Part shown: piece after piece, positions 11,460 through 23,885 of the stretch
Position numbering within the stretch: position 1 is the stretch's first letter
How the letters are laid out: each line of letters begins with the position of its first letter
NCBI GenBank assembly: GCA_001662655.1
Contig: KV460214.1
From: Pseudogymnoascus verrucosus
Taxonomy: Eukaryota
Length of the DNA stretch: 64,000 bases
Reading direction: 5' to 3' (one strand)
The notes under the pieces: model-generated
Told to the model about the DNA's origin: nothing
Seen by the model: the letters and a program-made list of their open reading frames with translations, nothing else
The model's database searches: none
Translations under genes and position numbers: made by a program

Positions 11460-12426
11460 CTAACTATTAAAAATCCTCGAATACAACAACTCATGCCTCC
11501 CAATCCACAAATCCACCACCGGCACCGTCTGCCCCGCATCCTCCACCCTCCTCCCCCAATTCCCCCTAATCACCCCCTCAATCCCCCTCTGCACCTCCCG
11601 GCTCGCCAACAACTTCTGCGCCTGGTACGGCCCAAACACACTCGCCCTCACCGCCGCAGACAACAGCGCTTTAACGTGCGAGAGCATGTATACATATGCC
11701 ATCTCCTCCTCCCCTACGCCCGTGATCCGCGCGATGACGCCGAAGAGGGGGGCGAGGTGTGCGGAGGCGGGGGGGAGGTCATCTGTGCTTGCGTTTGCGG
11801 ACTTGAGGAGGGCTGAGAAATTCTTGAGGACTTTCAAGGTCCCCTCTTCCGCATCAGTGGACAGAGGAACCGCACCGCTAAACGCGCGATCCCAAATACT
11901 CAACAGTGCCCTCCCCTGCGCTACACTCGCGCGTCGGCCAACGGTACACATAATCGCGGCATCCAGCGCGTCGTCGAGCTCCAAGAGTCGCTCTGGGTGT
12001 CGGTGGCCTGCTAGGACGAAGGGGAGGGTTGCCGAGGCGTGGGAGGAGAGAGAGAGGGAGAGGAAGGTGGGGAAGGAGGGAGGCCGGGTGTGGGAGATGT
12101 AGGATTCGAGGCCAGAGCTGAAGGCGAAGGAGCCGAGGGGGAGGGCGGAGTCGGCGAGGAGGAGGAGGAAGTGGGAGGAGGTTGGGGGGTTGTAGACTGT
12201 GGGGGCTGTTAGTTTGCTTTTCCTGGATGTGTGGGAGGGGGGAGGGGGGGATACCATTGTTGAAGACGCTGGGTTGGGATGGGACACCGCGAGAAGTTGC
12301 GTCCGTGACAGCGCTCAACCTCTCCTCCGCATCTTCCAGTTTCCGCTTCAGCTCGGCAATCTCATCCTCAATCATCTGCGTCTTCACCTCCCCATTTCCA
12401 ACACATCTAACACTACTATCCGCCAT
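11460..12426 (-). CDS. ureF: Urease accessory protein UreF (intron 12254-12197)
   Basis: LLLADSALPLGSFAFSSGLESY, RRASVAQGRALL, HLAPLFG and C-terminal HELLYSRIFNS. Exon 1 MADSSVRC...IEDEIAELKRKL splices in frame. Confidence 0.92.
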
Positions 12427-12674
12427 GAATGCATTAGGTTCATCAACCAAAAATCGATATTTCGCGTGATGTCGTCAGACTTCAGGACCATCCTTATCTC
12501 AATCCCTTATCACGGAAAGATCGAAATTAAGCTATGTGGGCCCCTGCGCAAACGTGGGGTACCTGGAGCTAGCGAGTGCGGCCGCGTGGTTGACTTGACT
12601 CGTTGATAACGTGGGAGGTGCATCTCGATTCACAACTAAGGTCATATCTGCGTTTAAGGGAAAACGGATTGTGC

Positions 12675-13948
12675 ATGGCTCCCCCACGGGGCGTTTCCGG
12701 ATTACGGGCTCTATCCCGCCTTACCTGGTCATCGGTAACTCACGCCCGGCCACTCGCATCTCAGTTCCCCTCTTCACCACGCCAGAGCTCCAGATCACCA
12801 CCCCACCACCGCCTCAGTTCCTCAACCTCCAACCCCCCCTCCACAACCACCACCACCACCACACCAGCAAAACCAAACCAAGCAATGCCCCCCTCTCCCT
12901 CCCCCTCACCACCCTCCCACATCCACATCCTCGGCCTCGGCAACCTCGCCAAACTCTTCGCACACTCCCTCTCCCTCCTCCCCCACCCCCCCCCATCACA
13001 CTCCTAACCCACCGCCCCTCCCTCCCCCCCTCCTCCCCCATCACCCTCGTCCTAACCCGGCACGGCACACCCATCCCCTCCCCCCCTCTGGAACTCTGCC
13101 TCATCACACCCCACGGGCCGGCAATAACGCACTTAATCCTGACTACGAAATCGCCTTCCACCGCTGCGGCGATCAGGCCTCTGCTCCCGCGGCTGTCTGC
13201 TAGTTCGACGATTTTGTTTACGCAGAATGGGATTGGTGCTGTGGAGGAAGTATCTGCTTTCTTCCCCGCGGGTGGACAACCAACATACCTCTCAGCAATA
13301 GTAACACACGGTGTTTTCTCGACCGGTCAGTTCAGCGCCACGCACGCGGGGGTCGCGGATCTAAAAATTGGGCCCGTCTCGCGGACCACCGAACTCAACG
13401 GCGAGGCGAGGTGGTTGGTTGATATCATTCTCTCCTCTGCGCCACTTGCTGGGACCGAAGTAGGAGCAGATGAACTACTCCACGTCACCCTCGAGAAACT
13501 CGTCGCCAACGCAGTCATAAACCCTCTCACAGCCATCCTCCGCACCCCCAACGGCGAGATTCTCAATCCTTCTCTAGCACCGCTGCGGAAGGCAATGGTG
13601 GAGGAGACGAGTGCGGTGATACTCTCGCACCTCCGCACGCTGCACCCCGACTCTCCCCTCTCCGAAGCGATGATAGAGCGTTTCAGCACCGCAAGACTAG
13701 GGACGATCGTAGAGCGGGTGTGTGAGGCGACGAAGGGAAATCGGAGTTCGATGTTACAAGATGTCGAAGCAGGACGGGGGACGGAGGTGCGGTATATTAA
13801 TGGGTGGATTGTTAGGAGGGGAGGGGAGTTGGGGGTGGGGGTTGGGGTTAATGAGGGGGTGATGGGGATGGTTGAACGGGGGGAGGTGAGGGGGGTGGAG
13901 GAGGTGGATAAGATGTTTGGGTGGTTGGGAGGTTATAATGGGAATTAA
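12675..13948 (+). CDS. PAN5: 2-dehydropantoate 2-reductase (ketopantoate reductase, ApbA/PanE family), probable mitochondrial presequence; apparent frameshift in C-run 12986-12994
   Basis: Rossmann motif IHILGLGNLAKLFA in one frame; LILTTKS, LFTQNGIG, EKLVANAVINPLTA and NRSSMLQDVEAGRGTEVRYING in another. The frames switch in a C9 homopolymer. Confidence 0.85.
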
Positions 13949-14702
13949 GAGGGGATGTGGGTAATGATATAAGGTGGTGATAGGATGGTGATAGAGGATG
14001 GTGATGGAGGATGGAGTACGGATGGGAATGGAACATGGACATATAATCACATACATCATTCACATACACATACATACACAACATAATCATAATCATAAGA
14101 ACACATACAATCACAATCACATCACATAAATAAGAAGAATGATATAAGCGGGTAATTTCTGGTATTTCCACGTCTCCCCCCACCCCAAGGCTCTCTACGA
14201 CAGCCTCAACGCAAGAGGGAATCTATACACAGAATCGCGAGTTTAAGCTAAGTCCCAAATGGCCCAGACATCAAGTCCATCGACGGCGCCATTCCTTTCC
14301 CTTCCCAAATTTGCCTATTGCCCCCTTTATTCAATCTTCCCATTCCTATTTACACTTTCCATCCATCCATATTTGTGTGTCCTCCCCCTAATCCCCCGCG
14401 CGCAAACGTGTCGTCAATAAAAGTGGTGTTAAAACTAAAAAATCTCAAGAAAGACCAGGTCTCTGAAAACAGTGTTTTTTTTGGAGTGTGGTTTTTGGGT
14501 GTTTCGATTTTTGGGGTTGTTTGGTGGCGTTTTCAAAGAGCGGAGATAAGTGAGATTTTTTTGGGGTTTTGAAATATTTGTTGACGTCCGTCGTTGGGGG
14601 GTTTAAGGTTGTGTGTGTGTGTTGTTGTATGTATGTTTGAAACGTATAAGAATGAATAATATTAAAAAAAGGGTCGTCGTTCGGAAGGTAGAGAGAGCCA
14701 AA

Positions 14703-16742
14703 CTACAATTGGAGGCCGGCGACACTGTCGCCCCAGCCCCCAACCCACTCAAGGTCTCCGAGGTTATCCTTGCGATAAACCTCCTTGGCAGTATAATCTA
14801 CATTCTCCTGCTCCCTAGCAGGTGTGCGGTTATGATATACTGCCGTCGTTCGCGAAAAGATTGGTGTGTGGTGATGAGTATCCTTGCGTAGCCAGGATGC
14901 ATCCTTTGCCTTGTGCGCATTGCCGGTCGCCGCCGGCTTGTAATCCAAAACGCCAAGAGCCCCAAATCCGGAGCTCGCAGTTGTTGCTGATGATGCCATT
15001 CCTACAGATCGCTTGCCGCGCCAAATCTCCGGGCTCTTATCCGCGCTGTGTCCAGTGTATGCTCGGCGACGAGCACCAAGTGCGGCCCATTTGTCCATGG
15101 GGTTCGACTTGCGCTTGCATGGTGGAGAGTACAGCTCCGCTGAATTTTTGGCGGGGGATGAATTCTGGAAGAAGAATCCATCGTTGACGTTGTCGCCATC
15201 GATATCGCTGATGTTCTCCTGGTCGGACTCGACTTCGTTGACAGTTGGTTTGATATTTATATCTGAAGAGCTCTTGGTTGAAAGCACAAGCTCCTCCTCG
15301 TCATCGCTGAACTGAGCAGCAGTCTCATCCTCTTCGAGCTTGATCTCGTCGTGGCTGAAGGTGCGAGCGTTCTGGGCCTGTCTGCTGAATTGATGATCCT
15401 GCTCTTCCTCTTCAAACTCCTCATCGTACATGTCGCTCCAGCTCTTGGAAACCATCTCCTTCTTGCCAAAGACAGAAGACATAGCCTTCTGCTTCGTAAC
15501 GTTGATTGGCAGAGAGCCGGAGATGGGTGCCAAGTAAGGGAACCTCTTCATCATGGGACGGCTGTTAGCCAACGAGAAGACAGAGCCGCCAACAGACGAG
15601 TTCATAGCAGATGCCATCGAAGATGTCTGAGCACCAATTGAAAACCAATCCTTGGCGCTCTCCTCGGACTTGGGGAACAAGTCCTCGGTGTAGCTCTCGG
15701 TGTCCGGGATGATGGACAATTGGCGGATTGGCTGAGGTGGGCTGGCGTGCAAGGCCTTGGCCCACGGGAAGGCGCTGGAGAGTTCGATCTGGGGCGTCTT
15801 GATGGTTGGTGTGCGGAGAGGCTCGCGGTTGGCACTGGCAATGGGCTTGCGAGAGATGGTGTGGTAGTCATCCTCGAGCTCGTCCGAGACGGTGAAGCTG
15901 ACGACACGGTCGATGGCATCACGAGCGCCTTGGAGGGAACGCTTCTTGGGGTCCAAGCTCATGCAGTTAAGAATGACCTCGAAGGTGTCCTGGGACATGT
16001 CTGCGAAGACATCGAAGAGCGCCTGGTTATCCCGGGAGAAGTCGAGGAAAAGTGGGTCGGCTTCAGTTGGTGTCGTAAAGGGGTTGCGAGAAAACAAAAT
16101 GTTAAGCAAAATGATGCCGATGGCCCAAATATCAGCCTGAGCTGGCGAATATCCAGCGCCAGCTGAGTCATATTGTTCTGGGGCCATGTAGCGGTCACTA
16201 CCAACAGTAGTCTCGTATGACCAGGTGTCCTTGGTTGCCAGCCCAAAGTCGCCAAGCTTCATGCTGCCATCCTTCATGAGAAAGATGTTCTCGGGTTTGA
16301 TGTCACGGTGGTACATCCCCTTGGAGTGGATGTATTCGACCGCATCGATTAACTGGATCATGAAATCCCGAACGTGCTCAGTTTCTAGTGGGCCGCAACC
16401 AGTGCGAATAGCTTCGTACAAATCGCCATTGGAGCAGAACTCTAGGACGAGGTAGACGTGGTTGTCCGTCTCGAAAGAGTGAATGAGATTGACAGTGTTC
16501 TTGTGATCGCCGAGAATGTTGTGGCAAGCGAGTTCCTCAGACTTCTCATCGATGGCAAAGCTGGACTGAACGTCTTGGGCGGCAGACTTCTTGGTGAGGC
16601 ACTTGATGGCAACGTTCTCGCCGGTGAGCAGGTCGTTCGCCAGGAAAACCATGCCAAAGGAGCCATGGTTCAAAGGCGAGACGGTCTGGAACCGGCCGTC
16701 GAGAACCAAGCCATCGTAGAAGTTATCTCTTAAGCAGTCCAT
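14703..16742 (-). CDS. KSP1: Ser/Thr protein kinase, Ksp1 (Ran1/Pat1-related) family
   Basis: Intronless 679 aa ORF: LNHGSFGMV, VAIKCL, HRDIKPENI, DFGLA, GSDRYMAPE, DIWAIG, and a long low-complexity C-tail with SKSWSD. Confidence 0.88.
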   Translation of the reverse strand: MDCLRDNFYDGLVLDGRFQTVSPLNHGSFGMVFLANDLLTGENVAIKCLTKKSAAQDVQSSFAIDEKSEELACHNILGDHKNTVNLIHSFETDNHVYLVLEFCSNGDLYEAIRTGCGPLETEHVRDFMIQLIDAVEYIHSKGMYHRDIKPENIFLMKDGSMKLGDFGLATKDTWSYETTVGSDRYMAPEQYDSAGAGYSPAQADIWAIGIILLNILFSRNPFTTPTEADPLFLDFSRDNQALFDVFADMSQDTFEVILNCMSLDPKKRSLQGARDAIDRVVSFTVSDELEDDYHTISRKPIASANREPLRTPTIKTPQIELSSAFPWAKALHASPPQPIRQLSIIPDTESYTEDLFPKSEESAKDWFSIGAQTSSMASAMNSSVGGSVFSLANSRPMMKRFPYLAPISGSLPINVTKQKAMSSVFGKKEMVSKSWSDMYDEEFEEEEQDHQFSRQAQNARTFSHDEIKLEEDETAAQFSDDEEELVLSTKSSSDINIKPTVNEVESDQENISDIDGDNVNDGFFFQNSSPAKNSAELYSPPCKRKSNPMDKWAALGARRRAYTGHSADKSPEIWRGKRSVGMASSATTASSGFGALGVLDYKPAATGNAHKAKDASWLRKDTHHHTPIFSRTTAVYHNRTPAREQENVDYTAKEVYRKDNLGDLEWVGGWGDSVAGLQL

Positions 16743-19700
16743 TTTGAAGGTGGTAGCCGTCGAGGTATGAGAAAAAGGGGTTGAGGATGGTGTCGATTAA
16801 TTGAGAGAGGGTGATAGATTGTAGTATACACCAAACGATTCTTAACGTATTAGCCTAAGGACGGCAATATGAAGTCGAATGCTTTTGTCTGTTGAAACAA
16901 GGTGGTGGATGGCAGTCTTATGCTGAATGTATGGTGGACAAGACGTGGTGATGCAAAGGATGGTGCTGAGAGTGATTGATAGTGTTGCTTGAGATAATAA
17001 TGCTCCGTATAGTATTGAAGAGAGGAAAAAAAGTTGAAACTCCGTATCGTATAGTGTCAGTGGCTCATTGGGTGGTATCGAATTGCTGGTAACAAAAGAG
17101 AAGTGATCGATTGATCGTAAACGGGGAAGGTCGACAGGTGGACGAGTGTCCGGAAAGGAAAAAAATAATATATATCGTTATAATGACATGAGAAATCGGA
17201 TAAAGTGCGAACGAGGTTCGACGAGTGATGGAAGTCTCGAAAAAAGAGTTGTGTTTGGCTTGCTGGAGGATGTCGAATCCAACAAAGGAAGTAGTGGCGA
17301 ACTGGAGTAGGTCAATCAACGGAGACGTTGGTTGTCCTGGAAGAATCGAAGGCACCCGTGAATAGGTGGCCGGTAGATGGTGAGGATGAGGGAAGGTAGC
17401 ACTGAGCTGACGAGTTGGGGAGGTATGACTCGATCGATGGTGCAGTCGACGAGATCGTTGGGAGAATGAGCCAGCAGGCTTTTATAAGGAGGCTGATAGC
17501 AGAGCGGCAGTCATCAGCTGACGAAGTTGATTGTTAGAACAGGTAGTCGAAGATGTGACTCTTCGGCCGCCGTGTTCACGAACTTGTTCGACAACCTTGA
17601 TGGTGGAGTACGCGTGGAGCCTCGGAGCAAGACGAAGCAAAACCGGGATTTATGCTGAACAGTTGCGGCTTTGAATTTTCGAGCAGTGATTGAAAGAGTT
17701 TCGATTGTTGGTGACACAAAGAATGTCGAGGATGATGTTTGTTGTTGGTGTTGTTGATTCCTCGTTGGTGGTTTGTCTCAACAAGTGGTTGATTGGGGGG
17801 GTCGAGGTTCTAGGTGGCGATTGGGGGGATGAGTCGAAGGGTCGAGAGTGAGATTGGGGTGTGAAGAGAAGAGGAGAAAGAGGAGGATGGATGAGCAACT
17901 GCGTGCACGAAATCGAGCTGCGTCCAGTCCTATATGGAAGATGAAATGAAGTTGTGGATGTGATGAGAGAAGGAAGAAAGCAAGAGGAGGATAGTCGGAT
18001 GGAGAGGAAATGGGGTCAGTCATGGACGGGGATATCAGGGTGTACTTGACTTGACGCCGCGGATTGCGAGGTAGTGGATGCCTGAGGCAAGAATACATGG
18101 GGGAACGGTACAAAAAGGTGGGAATGGGTGTGGAAAGGGTGGGCAATGCTGGGAATTGCTGGCGGTCAAAGAAGCGCTAACGCAGGCTGAGCACTAGCGC
18201 GGTCGGAGGGTGGCACGCTGGCAAAAGGTGTAGAAGGTGCTGGAGCAACCGCCAATCTTCCATTTTGGGGTGCGGTACCCGCCAGTCAAAGTTACTGTAG
18301 GGAGTACATGCCCCGCCCGTGTTGATTGAGGAGGCCGTAACCATACCAACCGTGGGAGTATGAAGGTGGACGGTCGGGGTTTATGGACACGAGACCAAGG
18401 GCGAGGCCGAGACTTGAACCACACCAGACCAAGACGACCAAGACGACCCAGACGACCAAGACTCACGTCGACCTCATCTCCGAGTGGTACTGTTTACTAC
18501 TGTATATTTACTACTGTACAGTACAAACATGAGGGGAAGAGGGAAAAAGAAGAATAGGGGAAATACAGTACAGCAACACAATCGGCATCAATTCCTATAG
18601 TAGATTGCAACCACCCTTCGATGATGCCGAACATGCATTCTTCATGTGCCAATTCGTCACTCTGAGCCCATTCTTCATCATCAGAGACTCTCCCCTCCAT
18701 TCAATCCCTTGCTTGTTTACTTACTCCTGCAGCAACCCATACACACTCCATACGATGTTTACACCTGCGAATGCCTGAGGTTGCATGGGATTTACCTGAG
18801 ATTGCCTGAGATCTGCCTGAGATTGATTACAGGTGTACACTTCGAAGTGTATGTATCTCCGCACCCCAAACGGTTGGTCCTGACCGTGTCCAGCACAACA
18901 CAAACTACTACTAAGCTACTGTACTCTAATCTACTCTACTGTACTCTAATGTACGTGCATCCACGCACTCCCAGTTGTCGAGGCAGCAAGTGTACCATGA
19001 CGCATTTGGCTTAATGCACGTCCCCCCATCCTCGTCTGGAGACCAATCGATGAACCCCGATCGACCACCTTAGCTCAGCAACGTGAGACAACGACCTGTT
19101 GCCGCTTTCACAGTTTCCTGTTGTATGTACTCTTCCACCACTTTCTACACATAAATCTGCACTGACGGCTTGGAGAAGGGTACATATCCCGATTACTCCT
19201 AGCGGCAGACACCTGGTTGGCTGGATTTGTGAAGCAATCTTATGCAGCCTTCCTGCCTCTGGGCATCCACACCAAACACCACCACCACCGACCGCCCATA
19301 CCGTAAATCCATCCCACACGCCTTGGCAATACAACGCCCAAGCAACGACCAAGGAGTGGCAGGAGAGGCAAAGAGGCATCATGCGCATACACCACCCGTC
19401 CACGCCGCCCATACCACACCACTTCGACTAATCAAAGACAAAAAATCGAAGACACTCGAAGGGTCTCTCCCAACAAACGATAGAACCGTGACAAGTATAC
19501 CCCCATCAGTCAGTTACAATTAGCAATATCTCTAGTCTCTCGGCAAATGGAATCTTCGGGGTCTTTCTGCTCTCCGAACGAGCGAGCGGGAGTATTACGA
19601 ATATCGATGGCGATGGCGATGGCGATGTTGTATTCACCCTTACCTGGCCTCATACAGTATCTCACCTCACCTCACCCCGTTATTCCAAAATTAGATGACG

Positions 19701-22700
19701 AATGCTGCGTAACCACACGAGGCGGATAGCCGGCCGCCCAGCGCGTCTAGATCAGGAGCGCGAGTCATCACCCAACCATTCGTTTCCTGTGAACCTCCGT
19801 TCTCGCAACTGTGAACTGTACGGACGACGGAGTACTGTACTCGTATACCTCCTTACCAAACATCGCCTGAATCGCCTCCCCCATTCAAAGATTCGCGGGT
19901 AGAAGGGTATCGCATCTAGAATATGGGGAAAGCAACGCAAGCAAGTACCTCGGCGCAGTCCCATAGGTCATCACATCATCAATCACGGAAATAGCACAAG
20001 GCCAGGCTGTTCATCTCAGCGCCAAAACGCCTCTCTTCCCCCATTGACCACCCAGACGACCGTGTACTCTCTCTCTAACTGTACTGCTGTACGTACTTCT
20101 AACCAACCACCACCCACCAACCACCCCCATTGACCATCCCATCCCCAGCGATCTTCCCCCCAGTCGACCGCCGTTGGGCGTTTGTCACAATCTTAAATTC
20201 AGCAGTTAGTAGACCACATGCTCAATTATAGCACCAAGCGTCGCAGCAAGCGTTGCAGCATAGCATGGCAAGTACAGCGGCGGGCATTCGTCCTTACATC
20301 GGTGGCTGATCCCCGCGGCGCCTCTCTGGACGGCAGGTCCGATAACTGGGTGGCTTTTGGAGAGGCGAGTCAATAGTCAGTTACTTACCCTCAAAAGGGG
20401 TGATCTTGTGCCATCATCACGACGGCTAAATTGTCTCACTACGCCATCTTCCATCTTCCCCCTCTGCCCCGACTGGCCGTACCGTACAAAGGTGTCTTCG
20501 AGCCGTCGAGTTAAGGGAAGTGGTAAGTGCAACGCTATTACTCGTGCTACGACGGACTGGGCTATCGTTGTGTAGGGGGCCGCGAATCCCGTGCTACGTC
20601 GTTGTTGTCGTTGTTTCACCGATAAGCAGGCGCTCTCAAGGCATTGAGGGGGGAGAGTGCGAGGTACTTGTCCCCCCCGCGGAGTTGGGTGAGGAAGTGA
20701 TGTACCACGATACCTTATCCAGGGACTTTTACCTTCCTTGCCCAGGAGGGAACCGTTTCATGAGTCCACCTCCTTTGCTACGATCAAACACATCAGATAG
20801 AGTACTCGGCATTAAGCATCAAGCAATCACGACTTAAACTGGTCCGATGTTTCTATATCCGCCCATCTATCTACCCCTCCACGCCTTATCCCATCCCTCC
20901 CCCCTTCCTCGGCTAGATCTTTCTCAAACGTGAACCTTGATAACCACAACCCGTTATCTATCTCCAGACGAGACGGGACGGAGAAGAAGCTCCAACCAAA
21001 CTCTATCGCCGTATCGTGTATCGCGGGATCGACGACGGAGGGACCAAAACCTGCTCAGAGGCGAAGTGTGCTGCTTCATACTTATGTAGTGCTTAGCAGT
21101 GTTAGCACCCATTCACAATGTTCGAAGTAAGTTAGTAGTAGTTTAGGAGTGATCAAGACTGGTTAAGACGGCCTTAGTCCCCCCCTCGTCTCCAAGAGTC
21201 CAAATAACCTTCAGCCCAGCACACGCGACGAACCAATAACTTCCCCGCGCCGTACACCACCTCCGGCCAAGCGACGAGTCCCTTGGGGCGCGGGTGAGGA
21301 GGAGGATGAGCCAGCCTGCTTGTTTGGGGTTTCATGCTCAACAGAATTGGCGTCGTCGTCCTTTTGCCGCTTTACGGAGTATAGTAACTTGTTGCTTCCG
21401 TTCGTCTGGTAGTAGTAGGCAAGTCTACAGCGGAATTACTCCTCCTCCCTCCTTTCCCTGTTAGCCGATTCACCCGCGCCCCCTTCGCTGATCCCGACGA
21501 CGGACGGACGACGGCGTGCTGGTAAAGCCAACCACTCGTCGAAGCCCGCCAGTGCGGCACTGACTGAGTCTGGCTGTTTCTCTCCGTCTTCCCCGGTTTC
21601 CTTAGCATGGAGGAAGGGACGGTACTGTACTGTACTACTTCCCCAAGTGTAGAGGCTACATACACCCAACTTGGCTCTCTTGAGACAGTTTCGAGGCCGT
21701 GGGTGTTGATTTCAAATCTCATCTGCCGTTCCAGCCGTTTTGACTGACGAGGCCTTGAGGCCCTGACGAGGCCCTGATGAGGCCTTCTCTGCCGCTTGGT
21801 CAAGCGCCAGGAAGGCCAGGAGGATTCAAGGGGCTGGGGACTTACTTACTTGGCTGCCGCCGTCCACGTATTGTACTGTACTGTAACTGTGCAGCAAGGT
21901 GAGGTAGATAAGGTAAAGTTCATGTACACGTGCCCAACCGCCCTTCCCAGCCAAAGCAAACCCACTATCCCCATCCCTCCCCTCCTCAATGGGGAAAATT
22001 TCCATCCATCCTCCCATTTCCATTCCCACCCTTCCCACTTCAAGCGTCGCACAACGCAGCAAAACTGCAGACCCGCCTGGCTGCTGCTGCTGGATGGATG
22101 TCGTTTTTACCAACCACCCAGCTTGTAGGTGCAGCATATGTGGATGGATGGGGATGGGGCATGCAATGGGGGGATTGGGGAGCCAATGGAAGGGGGGTTA
22201 GTTAGAAGCTAAGAGCTGCAGGTATGGAGAGGGGAGATACGTGGAGGGAGGATAAGACAGCGATCATGCTGTTTGGGTACCTGACATGCAGTGTGTGGTG
22301 TGTTTGCCAACGTCGGGCGGCGTCGTGTGTTTGGCTAGACTGCCAGCCATCTCTCTCTGTCAACTCTGCCGGCAAGTGATGTGAGAGAGAGAGGAGGGAG
22401 AGGAAGAGAGGGAGTGGCTGGTGGAAGCACCATGTTTGCCAGTGCGGGGGAGGGGGTTTGGAAGGGGTCCTGTCGTGGTGTCGTGACACGCGCTGGTGGA
22501 CTCTGACAGGTCATATCCCGCTACGTGGATGGTGGTGTCTCGAGGGATGGCTGGCGAGCGGCCATGACCACCACGACGACCACCATCTCCACCACTGGCA
22601 ACACCACCACAACCACAGCAACCACAACAATAACAAACAGACAGGTACGGTGCATCAGTCTACCACAGCAAGGTGAGTCCGGGGTAATCAATCACTCAGT

Positions 22701-23848
22701 AAGAAACCTTGCTCCTGTTCCAGACCTACAACGTCGCCGTTACGCCGGGCATGCAAACCCGAGACAGCGCCTCAGAGGAGGCGTTCGCAGGTGGTTCTTG
22801 AGGCGTGACTTGGGCGGCCTGTGTGTCTGGTGGTTGGGGGTTTGAATTACTCGATTGGGGATTGAAGCCGGATGGATGATGGCAGCACGCAAGGAGGATG
22901 GGGTGCTGGGTCATTCATGATGGGGAGGGCGGCGGCGGTGAGACATCGTGGCCGTTTGGATTTCTTCATCTTCAATTTCTTCGCGACCGTGAGCATCGCA
23001 TTGGAAGAGAGAGTTTAACGGCCACACCATCTGGTATCAATATTCAAACATCCAACAATCGTACCCACCACTATCAAAAAATCTCTTCAATCCTTCCATT
23101 TCTCAAATAACTTTTCCAGACCGCTCCTGCAATCCCATAGTAAACAACCCCCATCAAATCCCATCACTCCACACAAGGCATAAACAGAACCCACACCAGC
23201 TCTCCCCACCACCAGAGCCCGGCCCCGCTGTGGGCCAATGCGATGCGATGCCATGCCCTCCCGCCCTACCTCCCGCTGTACACCACCCACCAACATCCCC
23301 GTTAGCGTGCGCTCACCGCTATGTTAATCTCAGCCTGCATCTGCACTATCGAGGTTGCTTCATCCACACCTCTTTCCCTTTCTCAGCCGTAAGGCCCATC
23401 AAGGCCAGCTACCAAGACCAGATGGGTCGAGGAGCGCTTGCCTAATACGATTTTTTTCCCTTACCCAGCAGAGTTTTCTTCCGGCTTACACAATAACACT
23501 GCGCTGGAAGACGCGAAGAAGACGTGTTGCCGAGGGGAGGGCCGGGGCACCAGTCGCTTTACGGACCCTCGCACGTGGGTTTGCACGCGTTCACCGCTCA
23601 ATTGGGGTGAGAGCTGAGAGCTGAGGTGTCGTTTCTTCTACCGGTGCCATGTTGCTAAACGGCGCGGATCGTAACGGGGAGGGGAGTGAGTGGGGGGGGA
23701 GGTTGGGGGAGGTGAAGAGTTTTCATCCCAAGGAAAAGAGTTTGCGCTTCATTTCTGCTGCTTTTGGGTCTGACCGCCGCCGCCGTTGGTGGTGGGCTGG
23801 GGAGTCGTCGTCGTTGGTTTTGGGGTTTTGAGAAAATCTCTTGATAGT

Positions 23849-23885
23849 TATCACGTGATGAGGGTGGTTTTTATATCACGTGTTG
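23849..23885. promoter_or_regulatory. Pair of CACGTG (Cbf1/bHLH-type) E-boxes
   Basis: TATCACGTGATG at ~23849 and TATCACGTGTTG at ~23874; no protein gene found nearby. Confidence 0.45.

Noticed and set aside
21774..21825. Hammerhead ribozyme (CTGATGA + GGCC stem)
   Set aside because: Stem II is followed by AGGAG rather than the invariant GAAA, and no stems I/III or NUH site were found.
17065..23300. Many 60-140 aa ORFs upstream of KSP1
   Set aside because: No recognisable motifs or coherent exon structure; consistent with chance ORFs.
23300..23345. TPP riboswitch (GCTGAGATT on the minus strand)
   Set aside because: No downstream CTTGAT..TAAT..CAGCG..GG half, and no thiamine gene nearby.
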